Below are positions 42,401 to 52,100 of a stretch of DNA of 64,000 bases, piece after piece (the stretch's first letter is position 1; every line of letters begins with the position of its first letter). The translations under genes were made by a program, and so were the position numbers. Below the pieces are notes generated by a model. The model saw nothing but the letters and a program-made list of their open reading frames with translations. It was not told the DNA's origin and did no database searches. Source of the stretch: Phoronis australis (taxonomy: Eukaryota > Animalia > Phoronida); NCBI GenBank assembly GCA_002633005.1, contig NMRA01000496.1:191049-255048 (forward strand), given 5' to 3'.

Positions 42401-44657
42401 ATAGCCCCTTGGCTCCCCTCTAAATCCGCCACTGTGTTCTGTCCAGTTAACTGAAATTGAGCTCTAAAACGAGGTTATGCTTTGGACGAAAGAATTAGGT
42501 GTTTTAATTTTAAAATTCAACTTGGTCGAGATTGATATTTGAAAAATATAACACATGAAATAGACGTAATTATTAAAACCAAGAAAGCAGAATTGATGGT
42601 CATATAATTTTTATTTTCAATTGCGAGCCTAGTTTTTTATCGTAATCAAAATATATATTTAATAACATCAAGTATTATTTCAGATCAATGACAAATCAAC
42701 TGTTAGTCCCGGTAGTGCCTACCTCACCAGGACCTAGGCTATGCTTGAAGCTAATAGGCCTACTCTTGATCAACAAACTAAATCAGATGAGACTAATTGC
42801 ACATGACAGCAAAATGCTATGAGCCACCACTGTCGAATATATCTTCAACTCCTCAACAATAAGACCAGATGACCTGGTTCGTGTAGAAAGCATTTTTATC
42901 AAGAATTTATTAGAAGAAACGTAACCCTGCATTCAGCACGATACCTAATCTGTAACACTACGATCGCCTCAATTTGGTCACGTTTACTTTTCATGTTTCG
43001 AACCTAGTTTTCCGGAAAAAAACTATATCCTTTCGTCAGACAACTCTTTGGTGCATTGACTTGTTCTTTAACTGTGTTTTTCTACGTCTCTGTGGTTAAT
43101 CATTGACACATTTTTTTAAGATTTAATATTCAGATTGGACTCCAAAGACCGGCCATTTAACTCACGCAATGTAAATTTCCGCTTCGTTTATCGCAGTGAG
43201 CCTCGCTTTGGATTTTAATGTCCGCCGCGTGAATAGAGTCTATGAGTGTATACTGTTGAAGAATATATTTATAGTAAAAAAATTCACTTTATAGTCCAGG
43301 TCTTAATCAAAAGTTTTCTTGACAGGTCTGTGGTTGCTTTATTGATAAAAGCAATTGTTATTACTATTATTGTTACTGTTACTGTTATTATTATTATATT
43401 TTATTCGCCTGATGAAAGTCTGTTTTTAATTCAGACTACCCAGTGACATCTCTGTGAATTACAGTACAAGTCAAAGGGATTTAAAGAAATTACCCACAGT
43501 TCGCTAATCATGACTGCTGGACAGAATTCATCGTTAGAGTACTTTTTCCTCATTACCTAGAATGAAGAGGAATTGACAGTAAATTTTGTTGTTAACAGAG
43601 TTATCCACCATGACGGGGAAACAGTATTTTGTCTGATTACTTTTGTCTTGTCACTGTATGAGTTTCAAAGTTTAACTCTGTATCTTGCTGTGTTATTTCA
43701 GAGGACATAATGTGGTTCAAACCTGTGGAATTGAGGACGAAATGGGGTCGAAGAGGACATATAAAGGAGCCCTTGGGTAACATAAACAGAACCTTCTTCT
43801 GCACATTGTTATTAATTTGTAATATGATATTGTTGTGCATGTATTACTTGTGGTTGGATTTTCACCATTTTCAGTAAACTGAAATAAGTAAACCACATAA
43901 TAATTAAATAAACCACATAATACATTGAACATAAAATGATTAAAGCCTTCTTTACATCATCTTGTAATCTTATCTCGGGAATTGAAACATTTATCAATGC
44001 AAAAGTTAATGAGAAATTTGGGAAGCAATGGCCTTGTTGTCATGGTTCCTCGTTCACGTAAGGTATGTGTGTCATTGAGGTCCCTGTCACCCCAAATGCC
44101 TTCTCAGAACATCCGTTTTAACATCGTTATCAAACTGTTTTGCAACAGGTGGAAATGAGCAACATTGCAAAAAGCTTGGAATGTGAACTGTTCCTTCTCG
44201 GGTTAAAACTTGACTTGGTCGGTTTCTGTTCAGTTTTTGAGCTACCTTGTGACTGAGTCCTGAGTTAGCTGTTGTCACACTTGGTCTACAAATTGACACA
44301 GTTGGTGTACATCCAGGTGTATACATTTTTGTCTGTGTTTCTATGGGAACAGGGCTCTCTGAAATTTCTCATGCCTTATGACCCACAACCTGCTTGCTGA
44401 ACTTTGACCTGCATGTTCATGCTCAACCTCCTTGGTGACATTTTACTATACTGACATGACCTGTTCCAGGTACACACGGGCATATGAAGTGCCAATTCGA
44501 TGGACAGCTCAAGTCGCAGGACACAGTGTTGATGAACCTGTACAAGCGTATGTATCCCAAGTGGACGTATGACCCACACGTTCCGACACCCATAACAACT
44601 AACTATGTGCCAGAGAGTGCAGAAAGGGATGCCATCATGAAAGAGGTGTTTGACTGA
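24379..44657 (+). CDS. TSR1: Pre-rRNA-processing protein TSR1 homolog (multi-exon gene span)
   Basis: 17 phase-compatible GT-AG exons total 2277 nt (758 aa). They contain conserved TSR1 motifs: [115 protein letters not shown]. Confidence 0.96.
27231..27388 (+). CDS. TSR1: TSR1 exon 2
   Basis: tttcag acceptor; GRVSVKAIS...[10 protein letters not shown]; donor gtaagc. Confidence 0.9.
27628..28376. mobile_element. Composite repeat, copy 2 (TSR1 intron 2)
   Basis: Shares ataacattttgg, tcatcgaa.gtgaaaatagaa, gtaacctactttagcagacgatatttt and ggcctctgacatagaaagtagtta with copy 1. Confidence 0.8.
29038..29150 (+). CDS. TSR1: TSR1 exon 3
   Basis: ttccag acceptor; AIVPLCEG...ENELGTTHI; donor gtaacg. 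Confidence 0.88.
29799..29994 (+). CDS. TSR1: TSR1 exon 4
   Basis: IPRFKQR...[14 protein letters not shown]...VQ; donor gtaatt. Confidence 0.92.
30348..30581 (+). CDS. TSR1: TSR1 exon 5
   Basis: [10 protein letters not shown]...FEASEPQ; donor gtttgc. Confidence 0.9.
30831..30995 (+). CDS. TSR1: TSR1 exon 6
   Basis: [14 protein letters not shown]...[11 protein letters not shown]...; donor gtaatg. Confidence 0.9.
31137..31535. repeat. 21-bp minisatellite in TSR1 intron 6
   Basis: (tggacctctatcaaccatgca/a)n. Confidence 0.95.
32235..32373 (+). CDS. TSR1: TSR1 exon 7
   Basis: EMSESG...[19 protein letters not shown]; donor gtatat. Confidence 0.92.
32785..34455 (+). mobile_element. Helentron-associated (HINE/DINE-like) non-autonomous element
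   Basis: 5' T-run, then the atgcgcccac/gtgggtgcat hairpin, a gtcc/gtct microsatellite and internal repeated gccccctagtggc units. The 3' end repeats gtgggtgcat and ends cttgtttt. Confidence 0.65.
34492..34592 (+). CDS. TSR1: TSR1 exon 8
   Basis: [17 protein letters not shown]; donor gtgagg. Confidence 0.92.
35429..35560 (+). CDS. TSR1: TSR1 exon 9 (acidic region)
   Basis: [10 protein letters not shown]...EEEEFDK; donor gtgagt; phase 0/0. Confidence 0.85.
35561..35879. repeat. Minisatellite of 44-57 bp units starting at the TSR1 exon 9 donor
   Basis: Units gtgagta..gagctctgttgtactggggtgt..gtggaaagggttgtaat. Confidence 0.9.
36743..36810 (+). CDS. TSR1: TSR1 exon 10
   Basis: [22 protein letters not shown]; donor gtgagt; phases fit both neighbours. 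Confidence 0.85.
37160..37946. repeat. Uninterrupted copy of the same interspersed repeat, in TSR1 intron 10
   Basis: Shared blocks ctgttatccattt, cccacctct.ggctgggga, aaacttaatat, gagttagaatggagg. Confidence 0.8.
38216..38308 (+). CDS. TSR1: TSR1 exon 11
   Basis: [17 protein letters not shown]...ARTRFQ; donor gtctgc. Confidence 0.9.
38898..39105 (+). mobile_element. Third copy of the same SINE family, partly deleted head, in TSR1 intron 11
   Basis: gcagtgtggcccagt...ggtctctagct...ttccaggtgaccagtgca...gtaccagaccac. Confidence 0.7.
39250..39391 (+). CDS. TSR1: TSR1 exon 12
   Basis: [28 protein letters not shown]; donor gtgatt. Confidence 0.93.
39780..39831 (+). CDS. TSR1: TSR1 exon 13
   Basis: [13 protein letters not shown]; donor gtgagt. 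Confidence 0.9.
40168..40373 (+). CDS. TSR1: TSR1 exon 14
   Basis: [13 protein letters not shown]...IFHVGYRRF...DKFK; donor gtgact. Confidence 0.93.
40757..40859 (+). CDS. TSR1: TSR1 exon 15
   Basis: FERF...[19 protein letters not shown]; donor gtatca. Confidence 0.92.
40902..41075. repeat. 40-bp tandem repeat (about 4.3 copies) beginning at an N
   Basis: cttccatcacaacaacatcttaaagtgaccat... at 40902, 40942, 40982, 41022, 41062. Confidence 0.9.
41856..42160. mobile_element. GGCGGAT-type MITE nested in the THAP element
   Basis: cataagcggattt...gatcagccactg; TSD AAAAT. Confidence 0.7.
42360..42433. mobile_element. Short GGCGGAT-type MITE nested in the THAP element
   Basis: cagggggatcc...aaatccgccactg; TSD TGTTC. 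Confidence 0.75.
43702..43776 (+). CDS. TSR1: TSR1 penultimate exon
   Basis: [25 protein letters not shown]; donor gtaaca. Confidence 0.93.
44470..44657 (+). CDS. TSR1: TSR1 last coding exon
   Basis: [32 protein letters not shown]...FD*; AATAAA signals follow near 44756 and 44815. Confidence 0.93.
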
Positions 44658-45094
44658 TCCTGAACTAGTGTTTTAAAGTACAATAGAGGCATGACCAGAC
44701 AGTTTATTGTGTAAATATCCAGAGAAGATACATCTGAGCTGATTGCAGTACACTAAATAAATGTACAATAACAAGTGCCATGCACCAGTAACTGACTGTT
44801 GAATACTCACAGAAAATAAATGTGTTGGTCTTTGCTTTGAATGGTTCTAAGTTTTCTCAGTTTTTCTACCACATGTAGGTATAAATCTGTTTGCTTACGG
44901 CACTATGTGGTGTTGCTGTCTCTGTGGGTAACTTCCATTTGGACAAGCATACCCTGGTAAATGAATGGAAACAGAATTGTAATTTTTTCAGGTATTTATT
45001 ATCATTGATAAACAAGTACAACAAAAACGAACAAACAAGTACCACGCATGCATACCTCAGGAGAGACCATCCTTTTATCTCGTATAAAGTAAAC

Positions 45095-45600
45095 AACTTC
45101 TACATGGAGTTAACTTGAACAATGAAATTTTTCCATCTCACAGAGAAGCTGTCATATACAATGATTTTATTTGCAATTAATTTTTCAGCATAATAATACT
45201 CGTATGTATATGTAACAAACTTGTGAAAATTAGGTATATTTTTGTGACATCTCTCCTTGTAAATGTACTGTTTGGCTAGTAGAAGCAAAATGTTAAATAG
45301 AAAATCATGGGTCTCGTAAAAAATAACACGTTCGTAAGAGAGACAGTTGAGAATTGTGATTTTTCATCATTTACATAACATTTTTGTGGTGCTGATTTTT
45401 TGCCAAATTAAAAGCAGCAGCAACAGACTTCACAGATAGTGCTTTCTTTATATACAAGCCTCGTAATAGTCTGTAATGCATCCAGAAATTGGAAGTGCAT
45501 GAATTTAACATAGTTCTTTCTGATATTTTTAAGTTTAAGTTGAGGAGGACTCTGGACTCTGATTTGTGAAAGTATCTAGTCATTGAAAGTAATGGTGCTG
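45095..45600 (-). mobile_element. 5'-truncated L1/Tx1-clade LINE ORF2 C-terminal remnant
   Basis: ...FW.HYRLL... and FNILLLLAKQYIYK.R....PNF..F......AEKLIA.K......F..RW are typical of the region around and after zf-RVT. Confidence 0.6.
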
Positions 45601-45673
45601 CTCTCGCAGTCATACATCCAATTTTGCAAACGTTTGTCGTGATCACATGATAAACCTGTACCTCATGGTGGCG

Positions 45674-46195
45674 CTACATGACATACGTTATGTCTTCTGT
45701 TATGGAACATCCGGAGGATGAACGGGAAATAGTTTCGTGTTCTTCTCTGCATTTGTGTAAGTTTTTATTGGCAGCTCTTGGTGGCGCTGGTAATATTTTC
45801 GTCATTTGAGTCGTTGGTGTTTGCAATTGGTTAATGATGTTATTGTTTATTGTATCAGCAACACTGGCTTTGTTATTTCTGGCGGTTGGTCCAGGGATGA
45901 CAGTTGACCCACTGTTGTCGGTCGGCATCATGTTGATTGCCATCTCAGTTTTATCAGCTGTACAACTTCGCCGCCTTTCCCAATCGTTGTTGATCGTCGT
46001 TTCATCTCCCGAGGATCGTTTGCTGTTATATTCACCAGTGGGCATGTCTGCTACTATGGAAGTTCCCAGCGTTGTTGGACTATGTTTTTTATTTTCCGAC
46101 TTCAGTGTTGCACTGGTTACCCCTGCTGCAGACTCGTTTGCGATGGTTAGGCTGTCTCGACGGCTCTGTGTGATCGGCGTTTGCTGTGGTGTGTC
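45674..46195 (-). CDS. CBM14 membrane protein exon 5 (S/T-rich cytoplasmic tail)
   Basis: ttatag acceptor; 173 open codons DTPQQTP...EDITYVM*; includes ORF 45674-46045. Confidence 0.72.
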   Translation of the reverse strand, partial: DTPQQTPITQSRRDSLTIANESAAGVTSATLKSENKKHSPTTLGTSIVADMPTGEYNSKRSSGDETTINNDWERRRSCTADKTEMAINMMPTDNSGSTVIPGPTARNNKASVADTINNNIINQLQTPTTQMTKILPAPPRAANKNLHKCREEHETISRSSSGCSITEDITYVM

Positions 46196-49100
46196 CTATA
46201 AGGCGTCAGTGAAATATATAGGTATTTTGTTCTAGCGAAGTGCTTTATGAAAAAGTACTACTACCGGATTTTCTGCAGAAAGGCTCCTCCCTAGAAACTA
46301 CCAGTCGGCGTATTTAAGGGAATTTTCCGCTGATACGCCCAGAGCGTATATTGGGGCCAAAATAAACATACCGGAGTTGAATCATGGTACTTCCCTAGTC
46401 GCATAACAATTACACACAACGGAAACCGTAACTTAAAATAATATCCCAACAACAAACTCCTATCAATGGGGTCAGTCACTCATCGACATTATTGTGTTTT
46501 GGCTCTTTTGGTTTTAATTTGTGCGCCAGCTTCAGATATGCGCCCGGACTTGTCTGCAGTACACTCCGACAGTATGCTTATGATGGAAGCATCGTGTTAT
46601 TTATTTATATAAGCGGTTACAAACCCGCCTGATATCTAAACAGTCGAATATTTTGGACCACTTGCCGCACGGGTATGGAACTGTTCCTTTGTCAAATCTG
46701 AGGTGTAGTCAGAGCTTCGTGGGTGCGCGGGGCCTGGGTATAGTTCAGTAACGCTAGGACCTCGATAAAATCCACCCAAAACCACGTGCTCTCATTTAAA
46801 ATGCTCTGCAATATCTCCCGAAGTTTGCTTTTTAGCGAGACCCTAGCGTATGTCCTTGGATTTACTGAACTTTGCCGAGGCTCGCCACGACGTGTCATTT
46901 AATTCCTTGACTGAACACGGTTCTTTAAAAATCTACAACTCACTTTTTATCTTAGTTACGAACAATTAGACCACATATAGTTAGTTTTCTTCGTCCAAAG
47001 TTCGCTGCTTGGCACCCACGATGTGTTTATAGCCACTCGAACACTAAGTTGAGTTAACAGTGCCACTTTCCTTGCAGCTAATATTTGTCAACGTTACCAA
47101 ACAACATACCGTTTCAAAGTCACCTTTGGACCCTAGTGGGTCGACTTCATGAACACCACAAAAGCGTATGTTCACATAATTTCCCACGTTGCATCTGAAA
47201 ATAAACGACATTGTTTCCAATACTTTGAAACATTAAAATACATTTTTCCTTTTGTAAAAGGTAAACTTGATGACGTCATACACCCTAGTCGTTTCTCTCG
47301 TTTCTCAGTCTCTTAATAACTCGTAATTTATTTTGGCTGACAGGTAGCGACCTCTATAAACTGTATCAAACATGGAGAAGAGTCGAATAACTGCATTTTC
47401 ATACAAAACAAGTGAAATCAATGTAACAGATTGCTGGTGTTGGAAGGATTTCAACATTGCACGGAAACCCGGGAAGAATGCAGACGGTAATGGCTCTTGA
47501 AAGTAGCTTGGATTATAGAAGCTGATAACCGCTTTAGAGACTCTGCCCTTGGTAGTTTGCATGGGCCTCGCTGCGTACTCCGATTATCGTGAAGTGCTTC
47601 TTATAGGATCAATGGTATTTTGGGAGCCGTGCGGCATTGTTTCTGAACTACTACCGTACACGTCTAATCAGAGCGTGTAGAAGGGGTTCCCACTTTTCGA
47701 AGAGAAAAGTCGTCTATGCGATTTTGTTCCCACTTTCCATTACAACTATCTCCCGTTAAATCCGTATTCCAGACGACATCGGTTTGTTAATCGCTCGCTC
47801 ATTTGTACCATGTCACGACGCAAACGCAAATTATCTAGGAAGCTGAATGTTAACACGCATGCAGACTCAAAACTCAACTTTGACAAATAAAAACCCACTG
47901 CAGCGTTTTGGTTAATTTTTATCGTATTTTTCCGCTACATGGGAATTCTACGTTAACGTTTTACGAGGGATTCACTTTCAGAAGCCAAACACGTTAAAAA
48001 ATTACCGCGGGTTCCTGTCTTGACATTTCAATTTATTTCAGCCAGTAATTTATTGTCGTCAGAAGACCTCGCTTATGCAATGGCTGCCCTGTGTAACACA
48101 GCAGGAGTTTAGATCAACATTCGTGATATCACGGGCCAAAGGCGACTCCGGTTCTCCCGGTTGATGTAGAGAAGCTTGGCCCGCATGACCAATAATCCGG
48201 CCCATTGATCTTGAGCATCGACACTTGGATAATGAAGTGCAAATACTTTATCTAAAAACTGAGTTACCAGGTGAAAGTATTCACCGCTCTGTAGCTCAGT
48301 TAGAAAACATGTGCCCATGAGAGAACAATGCGCATGCATGCTTATAATGACATTTAACAAAAAGGCAGATGAAGCGACATCTGGGGACACTTTTGTTGTA
48401 TCCAAGAAATACCTAATTACTTGCGTACATTGCTTTCGATTTGGTTGTAATATTTTAACACGAGTTATATTTAAAGATGATGAGCACGTGTATGGCGAAT
48501 GAGACGTTTAGAACCGAATTAGTACATGTTATTGTAAGAAACGAATCCTCGTTGATCCGGGTACAAAAAATTTCGATTCCTCACATTCTCTAAGAACAAT
48601 TGCGGAAAATTTAATAGGTGTCTCCAGAAAATGTGAAACATTGCCAATCAAATGTAAATTACTCCAACGTGTTGGAAAATATCAAGTTGAACATTGAAAA
48701 CTCTAATATCATTTCAATTCCAAACAATTAAAAACCTAACAGAAATGGTGGAAAAGAAGAATTCAGTAATGTCATCCGATGGTATTTATAGACTAAAGTC
48801 TTGAAGTACTGTAGATGATGACAGGTTGTGGTGCACTAAACCAAGCACATGTGTCATGCTTAGGCAGACGAATTTCCCGATGCAAGTATTGGCAGCACTG
48901 AAGTAGTAAACTTCGAATTTTTGATGATCCGTGTCTGACTTATGCATACCTTGATATATTGGCCTTGATGTATATGACGACAGCCACTGCGATGGCTGCG
49001 CTTATAATGATGACAACTAGCACTTGAGCTGGGGAGAATTCACCTTTGAAGCGGAAGTCGTTGTGAAGAATGCCATTTTCTGTTTCTGAAAATAAATTGT

Positions 49101-52100
49101 TGAATGGAAGGTTTCTGAATGAAGGAGCTTTTCACTTCACTGAGTGAACCGTGTCTGTCATGAAATAATTTTCCCACTATTGAAAAAATAACCACGTATT
49201 TATTTCTGCATTTCCATCTTACAGAAACTAGAAAAATTTTGTTAGGAATATGTTTATTTCTTCACGAAAAATGTTATTTTCAATCCTGCGCAGTTTGCTA
49301 ATAAACGTTTCTGCTTTGTGTGACGTCACAACAGGAACGCACTGTTTTAGATTTCGATGAAAGTTGCAAGTCTTTTGCAATCATGTCACTACAACATTGT
49401 AGTAAAAACCTGTCTTGTTTTCATTTTAGACGATAGCAACTGTGCAAGTACCTGATAAAATGCGAAAAAAAAATAATTTGAAAACAAACCATTCGGCAAA
49501 TGTAGATTTCCGAAAATGGTAATTTTCTTTCACTGGTTACCAGGTAACTACGTAGGAACGTTTTGCACAAGATTCTAGCCTCCCTATCGGTGCTTCAGCA
49601 ACAATATATTTTAATTCTACATTTCGCCCTGTTAGGCTAAACATACGTCTCATACTTTTCCTCACCGTGACAGGATTCTACTTCCGTCACCAACGAGAAC
49701 TTCAAAATCACCAGCGAATAAAATTATGCGCTTCAGACTAACTGGGGTTTAGACAACCCAAAAACTAAGAATTCGAAAATGCCGTCTGTGTGCATTGCCT
49801 GTTTTTTGAATTGATAACGAAAATGGAATTGTATAACGACAAGGAATATTATGATACCAGTTTTCCCGGCAGACAACTCGACAGGGCGAATGCAGATTTA
49901 ATTGAAAAACTAAACCGTTCACTTCTACAGCGAGTCCATGATCAAACATGACATAACTTCAAGAGTTTTTGTTCATTTCCTATGACACTTCAATGCTGAC
50001 GCCATGTTTATAATTCAGTAAGTTGTAAGTAATGTTGAATACTGTCAGAGAACGTGTTTTCTCCTTGCGAACCTTTCGGTGGACAACGAATCTAATAGCT
50101 TCCGCACACCCACTTGCAGGGAATAAAACAACACCACTACAATCCACGTTTCACGGCCGGGGTGTGCAACCATACCACGCATAACCAATAAAAACATTGC
50201 AAGCCATTCTCGTTCGCAAGACAAAAATGCTCGAACACCAGTATTGCTTTAGGGAGTAAATGGTGGTGTAGAGGTGCCTCGCACGCACTCGTGGTAATTA
50301 GGTCGAAGAGCGCTTGTCTTTTCGCTATCATCATCAAAATTAACGCTTTCTTTGCGTGACAGTTTGTCCACAATCTCTGACGAACGTCACGTTTAGATCA
50401 TTAGACTCGCTTGGTAGTCGATAATAATTCTGCCAGGCGCCGTCATCAAGAAATTCATAATTAATTAACCTGCAGATCAAGACAATTAGAATCGGAAGCT
50501 AGTCAGGCAAAGGAGATTGTGAATTCATCAATGAAACTCATTAGCGAAATCAATGAAATATGGGCGCGCGTCATTTGTATTCTTTCGTGACAGTATTAAA
50601 TGACGTCTGTTAAAGTGGCCGATGGGCCGGCATTCTAGAGTCGAAGAAATCAACTTTTGACTTAGACCACGCCACTACGAATCTGGTCTTAGATTGATCC
50701 TTACTTGGATGAAAAGTGACATTTGGTCTTTCAAAGAAATGTCCGCTCGTTACTGCTCTAGACTGGTAAACAGTGCTTGTTGAATAATATAGCAAGTCAA
50801 TTTGAAGAATGATCTCAAGAGCTAACGATTTGTCACTTCTTTTTAAGTCCGAAAATCACATCTATGTTGGCCAAAGGAACAAACTGATAACAATTTCAAA
50901 ACGGTAAGTGGTGTAAATCCAACTTGTTTAGTGTGACAGACGCCGGCGGAGCCGCTTTAAACTAAAGAAGCAATGTCCGCCTCGTAGGCTAATGAATATT
51001 ACACTTCGTTAGGCTGCTACGCCAAAACTTCATCATAACACATATATAGAACAATTGCTTAAGCTCAAAAGTGGCCATAATTAATCTATATTTGTTCAGT
51101 ATTTTATTGACACAAATGGCACTACGGTGGAAAGGTCCACGAGTGAAACTGGCGAGTGATAGACTAACGGAGTTGTGTCTACGAAATTATACGCACAGGG
51201 CTTCTGGAACGTCATAGTTGTCTCACATCAATTAGTACAAAGAACGATGTCAAAAAAAGTCGTAGCAGCCGACTAAGCATTGGACTCATTGAGTAAGAAT
51301 TTCGTTGACGTCACGGGATATTATCTTTGACTGAACTTGGCAGTAGCCAGTTGACCCTGGCCCGTGGCTGACGTGAAGAATCCACAGTTTAATGTAGTTA
51401 GCTTCTGTCATATTTAGTTGACAAATTATACGGTCACGGAGTCGGCAGGCTCAGACAATCCAGGGACCGGTCGGGGGGAGGGGTCTAACCTTTGTATTTT
51501 AAATCGATGTCAACATTATTTTTTGGCAGTTTCCCTTCTCTTTTTTGCGAACTCAAGATGTGTGTCTTTTTTAGACTAGAATACATGACAGGGCCATTGT
51601 GCATCCCTACATTGCAATTAATGACTTTCGAGATGTAAGTTCGAGTATGATCTCGAAATTCCGTTTTTGTTCGAGTTTGAAGCTTGAATCTAGGGGTCAC
51701 CAAGTGCGAGCTTGGAATATTCAGTCGCCCACTTAAACCATAGTACACTCTAACAAAAACTAAGAGTCTAAATCTTGAATTCGCAGTGAAATTGAAGAAA
51801 ATTTGTCAAAAATAATTCCGATTTCGGCTACCAAAAGAAGATTTAATTGAAACCAAGCCTGGTAAATTTGAAAGATTGAGAGATTTGATTTAGGATATCT
51901 CAGTCGTTTATTCAACGTCAGTTGAAAGGTTTTTGATTGACGTGGCGATGACTAGGGCTGCCGCAGGTGTAATTTTGATGAGAGCGGAGAATAAAACTAG
52001 TGGGACGAGTTTCGCCATCAGTGGGCCCCAAAATACATTTGAACCCGTCTTTTACATTTAGGCTAACAACCATATTGCGAATGGCTACAAATTCTGAGCC

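Larger units (their letters stand above)
41307..43243 (+). mobile_element. TIR DNA transposon with a THAP-domain remnant (Harbinger/ISL2EU-like, tentative)
   Basis: TIRs atagaccctattcacgc / gcgtgaatagagtctat; about 41385-41500 reads [27 protein letters not shown] across a frameshift. Confidence 0.7.

Noticed and set aside
24491-44469. Intronic C/D snoRNAs (vertebrate TSR1 hosts SNORD91)
   Set aside because: Scattered TGATGA motifs occur, but I could not identify a convincing C/D pair with a terminal stem by eye. An Infernal/snoscan search is needed.
45834-46235. Hydrophobic plus-strand ORF resembling a membrane protein
   Set aside because: Antisense shadow of the Thr/Asn-rich last exon of the minus-strand CBM14 gene.
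50060-50400. Possible second KolX-like remnant on the minus strand
   Set aside because: Only scattered short matches across several frames; not distinguishable from chance by eye.
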